From: Candidatus Eiseniibacteriota bacterium
GTDB lineage: Bacteria > Eisenbacteria > RBG-16-71-46 > CAIMUX01 > VGJL01
DNA length: 64,000 nucleotides
Reading direction: 5' to 3'
Assembly: GCA_041946735.1 (NCBI GenBank)
Contig: JBHGAY010000011.1
Location: 64,001-128,000, forward strand
Shown in pieces: positions 57,455 to 64,000 of this stretch (positions are counted from its first letter, which is position 1; every line of letters starts with the position of its first letter). The translations under genes were made by a program, and so were the position numbers. The notes beneath the pieces were generated by a model. It ran no database searches. It was not told the origin of the DNA and saw only the letters and a list, made by a program, of their open reading frames with translations.

Positions 57455-58456
57455 ATGATGGATCTCCCGAGCTACGTCCAGATCGAGCCGGTCGGGCAGT
57501 GCAACCTCCGTTGCACGATGTGCCCGATCCAGTTCCGGACCGACGGGCCGCCTCACGGGCCGGCAGCGCTTCTGCCGTTCGAGTCCTTCACCCGGATCAT
57601 CGACGGCTTCCCCGCGCTCTCCCACCTCCACCTTCAGGGGCTCGGCGAGCCGTTGATCCATCCCCGGTTCTTCGACATGGTCGCGTATGCGTCCGGAAAG
57701 AAGATCGAGGTGACGACGAACACGAACATGACGCTGCTCTCGGACCGGATGGCAGCGCTCTGCGTCTCGAGCGGTCTCTCGGGCCTGCACGTCTCGATCG
57801 ACGGCGCCACCTCCACGACATACGAGAGAATCCGGACCGGGGCGCATTTCGCGCAGGTCGTCCGCAACGTGGAGCGCTTCCTCGCCGCGCGGCGCTCGAG
57901 CGGCGGCGCCACGCCCTACTTGCGGGTGATCATGGTCGCGATGCGCGGGAACCTCGACGAGCTGCCCGGCGTCGTACGCCTGGCCGCCTCCTGGGAGGCG
58001 GAGTCGTTGTTCGTCCAGCATCTCTGCCACGACTATGGCGAGGGGAGCCTGCCGCCGCAGTACCAGCGGATGCGAGACTTCGTCGAGGCGGAGACCCTCC
58101 TCGGCGAAGATCCGGGTCGCGTCGCGGAGCAGTTCGGCGAGGCGAAGGAGGCGGCGGACCGGCTCGGGCTCGATCTGCGTCTCCCTCGGATCCAGCCTCG
58201 CGAGCATCCAGCCGGTACGCCGGGACCGGAGCGGTGCGATTGGCCGTGGCGCGGCGCCTATGTGAGCTGGAGCGGCCTGGCGATGCCCTGTTGCATGGTC
58301 TCGACGCCCGACCGCATCCATTTCGGATCGGTGATCGAGTCCAGCGCGCGCGACGTGTGGAACGGGGAGCGCTACGAGGCGTTCCGCAGGGCTCTGGCAT
58401 CGGACGTCCCGCCGGAGGTCTGCCGGTCCTGCTCCTTGTACAAAGGCGTGTTCTGA
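57455..58456 (+). CDS. Radical SAM protein with twitch/SPASM auxiliary domain
   Basis: CNLRCTMC, GLGEP; C-terminal CDWPW...PCC...CRSC. Confidence 0.92.
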   Translation: MMDLPSYVQIEPVGQCNLRCTMCPIQFRTDGPPHGPAALLPFESFTRIIDGFPALSHLHLQGLGEPLIHPRFFDMVAYASGKKIEVTTNTNMTLLSDRMAALCVSSGLSGLHVSIDGATSTTYERIRTGAHFAQVVRNVERFLAARRSSGGATPYLRVIMVAMRGNLDELPGVVRLAASWEAESLFVQHLCHDYGEGSLPPQYQRMRDFVEAETLLGEDPGRVAEQFGEAKEAADRLGLDLRLPRIQPREHPAGTPGPERCDWPWRGAYVSWSGLAMPCCMVSTPDRIHFGSVIESSARDVWNGERYEAFRRALASDVPPEVCRSCSLYKGVF

Positions 58457-58559
58457 TCGGCAAGGCGCGTGAACCGCGCGTGGATCCGCAGGCGAGAAGG
58501 CACTTCCGGAACGCGAAAATGGAAGACGGCGGGCTTCGCAGGCATGGCGAGGGGGGACG

Positions 58560-59477
58560 ATGGAACGTCCTGTTCAACCGCGGATGGAGAAGAGCGATGG
58601 CCAGGCCGCCCTCGACGTGCTCCTGCCGACGTGCGACCGCGGCGAGTCGCTCACGCTGGCCCTTTCGGGCCTGGCGGCCCAGGACATCCCGCGCATGCGT
58701 GTCGTCCTCGCCGATCAGAGCGAATCCCCGGCGGCCGACCGGTCGGTGATCGCGACCCTCCTCAGGATCCTGGAAGCGCGGGGTCACGCCGTCGAGTATC
58801 ACCATCGGCCGAAGATCTGGGGGATCGCGGAGCAAAGGCAATTTCTGCTCGAGCGGGCGAGGGCGGACGCGGTCCTCTTCCTCGACGATGATGTCTACCT
58901 CGAGCCGCACGTCGCCCGCCGCATGCTCTCCGTCCTGCGTGGCGAGCGGTGCGGCTTCGTCGGGGCGTTCCCGGCCGGCCTCTCGTTCGCCTGCGACCGC
59001 CGGCCGGAGCAGGAGAAGATCGAGATCTGGAACGGGCCGATCGTCCCCGAAGCGTTCCGGCCGGGCGATTCCGAATGGGAACGGTGGCATCTTCATCGGG
59101 CGGCGAACCTGCATCACGTGGCGCAGGCGTTCGCGCCGGGCGAGTGGCGTTTGTACAAGGTCGCGTGGGTCGCGTCGTGCGTGCTGTACGATCGCGAGAA
59201 GCTCGAGGCGGTCGGCAGCTTCGGGTTCTGGAGCCGGCTCCACCGCTTTCATTCCGGGGAAGAGGTGCTCGTCCAAAATCTGCTCCTCCGCAATTGGGGC
59301 GGATGCTGCATCGTCCCCTCCGGCGCATACCATACGGAAGTCTCCTCGACGGTGCTGAACCCGGCCGGATCGGTCGATGGCCACGCCCTCGAGCTTCTCG
59401 ACGAGATGATCGAGCGCTTCGGGCGGGTGCGGGCGCAGGCCGAAGTCGACCGGCGCTCGGGGGGAGGCGCCCGATGA
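58560..59477 (+). CDS. Glycosyltransferase family 2 (paralog of 53593-54426)
   Basis: LLPTCDR, LFLDDD; shares HRAANL, YKVAWV and FGFW blocks with the upstream GT2. Confidence 0.87.
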   Translation: MERPVQPRMEKSDGQAALDVLLPTCDRGESLTLALSGLAAQDIPRMRVVLADQSESPAADRSVIATLLRILEARGHAVEYHHRPKIWGIAEQRQFLLERARADAVLFLDDDVYLEPHVARRMLSVLRGERCGFVGAFPAGLSFACDRRPEQEKIEIWNGPIVPEAFRPGDSEWERWHLHRAANLHHVAQAFAPGEWRLYKVAWVASCVLYDREKLEAVGSFGFWSRLHRFHSGEEVLVQNLLLRNWGGCCIVPSGAYHTEVSSTVLNPAGSVDGHALELLDEMIERFGRVRAQAEVDRRSGGGAR

Positions 59478-59968
59478 GCCTCGGTCTCCAGGGCCGGCTG
59501 CGGAGCGCCCGGCGGATCGCGATCGTTCGCGCCTCCCGGATCGGCGACTTCCTGTGCGCAACGCCGGCCTTCCGGGCCATCCGGTACGCGGCCGTCGGAT
59601 CCCCCTGCCTCGACCTCATCGGCAGGACGACCCTCCCGCAGCTCGGAGCGATCCTCGAGAAGGTGTCGGTCCTCCTGACGAACGACTCCGGTCCGGCTCA
59701 CATCGCCTACGCGTTAGGCACTCCGACCGTCACCGTCTTCGGCGGGACCGACCCGCTCGTCTGGGCGCCGCCCGAGGGGTCGCACGAGATTCTCGCGCAC
59801 GACGTCCCGTGCCGCCCCTGCTCGGCTCCGACCTGCCCGATCGGCTATCGCTGCCTGAAGGAGATCACCGTGAACCAGGTCGTGGTCGCGGCGCGGGACG
59901 TCGCCGGCCGGACACTGCCGCCGGACCCGGGTCCCCCACAGTCGGGATCTTCTGGTGCGGGAACATGA
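59474..59968 (+). pseudogene. Internally deleted GT9 glycosyltransferase
   Basis: GT9 N-terminus (RASRIGDFLCATPAFRAIR) is joined directly to the GT9 C-terminus (DLIGRTTL..L, TNDSGPAHIA, CRPC); 164 aa versus ~350-390 aa for its paralogs. Confidence 0.75.
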
Positions 59969-60207
59969 TCAACGGGGGGCCGCTCCATCGGGCACGGCAC
60001 CGCCCCCTGGTTTCCTGGGAGCCGCACTGCGCCGAGTGCGGAAAGAGCTGCCTCGAGGAGGAGTGCGGCCACTCCCCCTCGTTCGTATCGAGCGTGCCGG
60101 TCGCTGCGGTCCTGGAGCAGGCCCGCGAGCTTCTCGATCAGTGCAGCAGCACGAACGGGACCGGCCTTGGCGAGCCGCTCGCGGGGCCGCGCACGTCGAT
60201 GAAGTAG
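59935..60207 (+). pseudogene. Orphan C-terminal fragment of another GT9
   Basis: PTVGIFWCGNMINGGPL.R.RHR...SW...C..CG..C....C.H..SFV in a different frame, with no N-terminal part. Confidence 0.6.
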
Positions 60208-61619
60208 ATCCCCGGCGCCGCTTGCCGGCCGGCATCGTCCCGGCCATCCCAGGAAAGGACGATGCGACCGCCGCCGGCTTCGCCGCTGCCCCCAGCTTCG
60301 CCGCTCCCGCGGAGCGTCGCGATCCTCCGTCCCGACAGATCGAGGATCGAGACCGAGCCTCCGGCCCCCGCCGCGAGAGGAGCTGCGAAGCCGATCCGGA
60401 CGGCGCCTCGCGAGGGGTTTGGCCAGACGGCGAGCGAAGGTCGCACCGATCCTGCCCCGTTCTCCGCCACGAGGCTCGCCGGTCCGAGCCCGTCGCTCAC
60501 CCCCATGAACGCGAGGTAGTTCGAGACCCACGTCTGGTCCATCTGATCGGTGTCTTCGGGCCGGGCCGGGATGCCACCGTCCAGGTCGCCGTCCTCCGCG
60601 ATCAGGGCATCGGTCAGCATCGCGTGGAGCGAGAGCTCGTAGGGATCGCGAAGCGCGAGCCCCGCCGCGCGATGGCCGAGCGCGTACCAACCGTTCCACG
60701 CGTTCGTGAAGTCGCCGGGATCCGAGGAGACGTCGAGGTATCCCTTGTAGGCGGGAACCCAGGTCGCGATCTCCGAGGGATACGCGCGGAAGTAGCTCTC
60801 GAGCAGGCCCCACATCGTCGCGCCGCCCGACATCGCCCAGGTCTGGTTGCCGAGGAGCGTCGGGTCCGCCTCGACCCACGGCTTGACACGGTTGGTCGCC
60901 TGCTCGACGGCACGATCGATCCACGCCTGCCTTCCCTCGTGCACGCCCGCCATGTACAGGTTGCCGATCGCCCAGGCGAGCACCGGAGGGTTCACGTGGT
61001 CGTAGAAATCGCTCCCGAACTGCGTGAGGGAGTGATAGCGGATGTACCCCGCGCAGGAATCTCCATAGCTCTTGTACGTGACGTCCCCGAAGACGTCTCG
61101 GTATTTCAGTTCCGCTCGGACGGCCCAGCCGCTGTTGTACATGCGATAGTAGCCGAGCGTCTCCGCCGACCCGCCCTCCTCGAGGTAGGCCGGATGGGCG
61201 AGGCTGTATACGAAGGCGTTGTGAATGTTCGGCAAATAGGTCGCATCCCCGGTCAACTCGTACCATCGGGTCCACACCCAGATGGCCTCCGACGTGTTGT
61301 CGGTCTGGATGATCGTCGGAAGGTGCTCCCCCTCCCGGATTCCTCCGAGGTCGGGACCCGGCGTCGTCACCTGCCAAACACTCAGGAATTGCGCGATGCG
61401 TCCGAGGACCTCCAGGTAGTCGTAATCCACACGCTCTCCGTCCTCGGTGCGAGGGACGGCGGGAAGCGCCGGGGACACGACCGTGGGGCCCGATCGGGAG
61501 AGGAACTCCTCGATCTCGCGATCTCCCCAGTACGGGGTGGCCTGAACGGCCGAGTGGATCGGCGCGAAGGTGAAGAGCACGAAGAGCAGGACGGCGAGGA
61601 GTGCCGGGTTCCGATGCAT
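60138..61619 (-). CDS. Secreted alpha/alpha-barrel (six-hairpin glycosidase-like) protein with FlgD-Ig C-terminal domain
   Basis: Signal peptide; TDNT...WYELTGDATYL helical-hairpin motif; VWPNPS...ILDLSGRRIATL...WDGRDDAGRQAAPGIYF. Confidence 0.7.
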   Translation of the reverse strand: MHRNPALLAVLLFVLFTFAPIHSAVQATPYWGDREIEEFLSRSGPTVVSPALPAVPRTEDGERVDYDYLEVLGRIAQFLSVWQVTTPGPDLGGIREGEHLPTIIQTDNTSEAIWVWTRWYELTGDATYLPNIHNAFVYSLAHPAYLEEGGSAETLGYYRMYNSGWAVRAELKYRDVFGDVTYKSYGDSCAGYIRYHSLTQFGSDFYDHVNPPVLAWAIGNLYMAGVHEGRQAWIDRAVEQATNRVKPWVEADPTLLGNQTWAMSGGATMWGLLESYFRAYPSEIATWVPAYKGYLDVSSDPGDFTNAWNGWYALGHRAAGLALRDPYELSLHAMLTDALIAEDGDLDGGIPARPEDTDQMDQTWVSNYLAFMGVSDGLGPASLVAENGAGSVRPSLAVWPNPSRGAVRIGFAAPLAAGAGGSVSILDLSGRRIATLRGSGEAGGSGEAGGGRIVLSWDGRDDAGRQAAPGIYFIDVRGPASGSPRPVPFVLLH

Positions 61620-61946
61620 CGCTGTTCCTCCCAGGCGTCGGGGCCGATCGCCTCGGTGGCGGGCGGGGGATCTCCGTGGGAAGGGGCGCGAACGAAACGA
61701 GACGCGTCGTCCGGACGCAGCCGCGGCCGCCGCCGACGTCTGACGCGGCGCTCCAGCCCCTTCACGTTCGTGCGCAAGAGGATACTCTCCCCGCCGGCTC
61801 CCTTCAATCGCGCCGCCGCCCGGCGCCGGGTTCGGGCCGCCACGTACGTCCGGCGGTCCATCCCTCGGGGGCCGGAAGCGGCGACCAGCTCGTTCGTCGC
61901 CCGAGCGCCCCCTTGGTTCAGGGGAGGACTTTTCCGGGATCTCCTT

Positions 61947-61974
61947 CAACGGATTCCATGGGCCCCGCGTCTAA
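61947..61974 (+). promoter_or_regulatory. Putative ECF-sigma promoter
   Basis: CAAC-N17-CGTCTAA about 30 bp upstream of the ATG at 62006. Confidence 0.45.
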
Positions 61975-62005
61975 GCCCTCGAACGGATCACGAAAGGAGA
62001 TCGCG

Positions 62006-62755
62006 ATGAAGCACTTCCCGAGACCCGCCGCCGCAGCCGCCGCCCTCTTCCTCGCGCTGGCAGGCTGCCTCCTCGCCGCCCTCGGCCCGAACACGGCCCT
62101 GTCCGCCGATACCCCCTCCAAGCTCGAGCGGCAGATCGAGATCTTCCAGCGGGCGATCGACGAGATGCTGGTCGACAGCCCGAACTTCCTCGTCCGCGGC
62201 CACGAAGTGACCCAGGGATTCGAAGACGAGGACGCCGGGGTCTTCTTCACGTTCGACGCTTCGCTCACCGGCATGGGGTTCGAATCGGGCGGGCTCTTTC
62301 GCTTCCTGCCCTGGGACGGCGCGCATCGCGTCATCGTGATCCAGGGAGACGAGGGGAAGGAGAAGGGCGACTACATCGTCGGCGGCCATGGCATCCGCAT
62401 CCGCGACGGCAAGGTCTACCTGAAGGGGGCGGGCTCGAAGGAGTGGAAGATCGCTGACGAAGGGGAATGGGACTCGATGGACGAAGGCACCTACCGACAG
62501 AAGCAGCTCGAGAAGTTCGAGGCCGGCAAGCAGGAGCTGGTCGACGTGCTGATCGATTACGGCGACTTGCTCCGCGCTCTCCCTTCGGGCCGCTCGGTGA
62601 AGATCATCGCTTTCCTGAAGGACATCGACCTTCCCGAGGGCCGGGACGTGAGCAAGCTCTCGCTTCGCGCCAACATCGACGACCTGCGCGCCTACGCAGA
62701 AGGCCGCTTGACCGAGGCGGACGTGCGGCGCCGGGTCGACGTGCGCGAGCAGTAG
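62006..62755 (+). CDS. Secreted hypothetical protein
   Basis: AAAGGAG RBS, signal peptide, GC3-biased coding frame. Confidence 0.8.
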   Translation: MKHFPRPAAAAAALFLALAGCLLAALGPNTALSADTPSKLERQIEIFQRAIDEMLVDSPNFLVRGHEVTQGFEDEDAGVFFTFDASLTGMGFESGGLFRFLPWDGAHRVIVIQGDEGKEKGDYIVGGHGIRIRDGKVYLKGAGSKEWKIADEGEWDSMDEGTYRQKQLEKFEAGKQELVDVLIDYGDLLRALPSGRSVKIIAFLKDIDLPEGRDVSKLSLRANIDDLRAYAEGRLTEADVRRRVDVREQ

Positions 62756-62833
62756 CCAGAGGGCGTTCGAGCGGCGGGTCCGGCAAGCGAGAGACGCGAG
62801 AGCGGATAGAGCGAGACGAGCCAGCCGAGCGAG

Positions 62834-62890
62834 ACGAGCGAGACGCTCCGGAGTTGACGTCCGGGGCGTCTCGTTTGTTCTGCTTCTCGT
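62834..62890 (+). terminator. Intrinsic terminator-like hairpin
   Basis: ACGAGCGAGACGCTCCGGA (62834-52) pairs with TCCGGGGCGTCTCGTTTGT (62860-78), followed by a pyrimidine-rich tail. Confidence 0.65.
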
Positions 62891-63386
62891 TCGTTCGGCA
62901 CTGCGCGCGTTGCGCTCTCTCTCGATCGAGAGCGAATCGGGGCTCGGTGGGAATAGGGGAAGAGGCGCCGCCCCCGTCTCCGGGAGCCGCGCCTCGACAG
63001 CGCCGGCCGGTTCGCCACCGGACCGGATCCGATCCGTGCGCCCGTAACCTATCGGACCGGCCAGCAGCTACCAAGCCGGCTCTGCCTCCCCCATGCAGCG
63101 TTGTTTCGTGCGTCGAGAGAACGGGGGACCTTCCATCCACGCAAGAAGTCGAGCCAACTCTCCGCCTGATACCTGATGCCGCGCGGCTTCGGATCCGGCG
63201 AGGCTCGCCTTCGCGCCGCCGCCGCTTCGTTGCCCGGCTTCGACCGTCGGGCGAGGCCCCGGTCGAGGCCATTCGCGGCGCCTTCGCAACGCCTTGCCGG
63301 ACGCGCGAACGGATCGATACGCTCCTCCCGGCCGCCGGCGGCGTTCCGGGCGTGAGACGGGCGAAGATCGAAGGGAGGGCAGGGCG

Positions 63387-63803
63387 ATGGTGGAGGAGTT
63401 CCGGATCCGTTTCGAGGGGAAGGCTCGCGTGGTTGCGCGGTACGGCGATCTCGAGATCGCCACCGACCAGCGTCCCGAAGGCGGCGGCGAGGGGACCGCG
63501 CCGGAGCCGTTCACGCTCTTTCTCGCATCCCTCGGCACCTGTGCCGGGATCTACGTTCGGAAGTTCTGCGAAACGAGAGGGATCTCGACCTCCGGAATCC
63601 AGCTGACGCAGACCCTGCTGCCCGATGCGGCCGATGCGCGCCGCATCGGAACCGTTCGCATCGCCATCCGTCTTCCGGACGACTTCCCTTCGCAGTACCG
63701 GGACGCCGTGATCCGGGCGGCGGAGGGATGCGCGGTGAAGAAGTACATTCAGAACCCGTTTCGGATCGAAACGGTCGTCACTCCGGCAACCGGGGAGCGC
63801 TGA
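63387..63803 (+). CDS. OsmC family protein
   Basis: TDQ...GGEGTAPEP..LFLASLGTCAG...CAVKK. Confidence 0.9.
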   Translation: MVEEFRIRFEGKARVVARYGDLEIATDQRPEGGGEGTAPEPFTLFLASLGTCAGIYVRKFCETRGISTSGIQLTQTLLPDAADARRIGTVRIAIRLPDDFPSQYRDAVIRAAEGCAVKKYIQNPFRIETVVTPATGER

Positions 63804-63804
63804 A

Positions 63805-64000
63805 ATGAGATCCGATGCGGGCACGGCGGAGCGCGGCCGGCGGCCTGCCGGGACGCTCGTGCTGCAGGTCGACGCATTCACGCACGAGCCGTTCGCCGGC
63901 AATCCCGCCGCGGTGGTCATGCTGCGTGAGCCGCGCGACGCGCCATGGATGCAGTCGGTCGCCTCCGAGATGAACCTGTCGGAAACCGCCTTCCTCCTGC
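63805..64000 (+). CDS. PhzF family isomerase (partial, runs off the window)
   Basis: My translation: ...QVDAFTHEPFAGNPAAVV...MQSVASEMNLSETAF. Confidence 0.9.
   Translation, partial: MRSDAGTAERGRRPAGTLVLQVDAFTHEPFAGNPAAVVMLREPRDAPWMQSVASEMNLSETAFLL

Noticed and set aside
62890..63386. Long ORFs (62467-63606 +, 62604-63920 -) or a riboswitch in the ~500-bp gap before osmC
   Set aside because: Translations are Arg/Pro-rich noise and I could not recognise any RNA motif.
1..64000. Mobile elements, tRNA/rRNA, and the many other overlapping ORFs in the track
   Set aside because: No transposase, integrase or phage motifs or tRNA cloverleafs were recognised; the extra ORFs are expected shadows in high-GC DNA.

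Overview
A very GC-rich bacterial window. Three secreted proteins end in an FlgD-Ig/T9SS-like C-terminal domain, which suggests an FCB-group lineage such as Ca. Eisenbacteria (inference). I saw no rRNA, tRNA, CRISPR array or mobile element. Left to right: (1) an NO-response module of nnrS-like, DUF1858 and an NnrR-type regulator, with a near-perfect NnrR box; (2) an unexplained three-gene operon of a possible sigma-like protein, a membrane protein with a cytoplasmic Lon-type Ser-Lys protease domain and extracellular FG-GAP repeats, and a soluble zinc-finger (ZAS) anti-sigma-like protein, followed by a 6S-like structured RNA; (3) dinB and a metallophosphoesterase; (4) gdh followed by two PPDK-like ATP-grasp proteins that lack the pyruvate barrel, one fused to GAF-like and nucleotidyltransferase domains; (5) efp, secreted beta-propeller, M23 and choice-of-anchor-B proteins and assorted housekeeping genes; (6) a general-stress-like block (PRC-barrel, Pmp3, YihY, zwf-pgl-tkt-gnd-pfkB, pyk, Hsp20, YHS, two SRPBCC) leading into a ~15-kb ADP-heptose/glycosyltransferase/carbamoyltransferase/twitch radical-SAM cluster with signs of decay; (7) an alpha/alpha-barrel secreted protein, a hypothetical protein, osmC-like and a partial phzF-like gene. 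The best candidates for undescribed systems are the Lon-protease/anti-sigma signalling operon (2441-6537), the heptose-glycoside cluster (45226-60207) and the gdh-linked dikinase pair (8350-14734). All family calls come from motif recognition by eye; no database searches were run.
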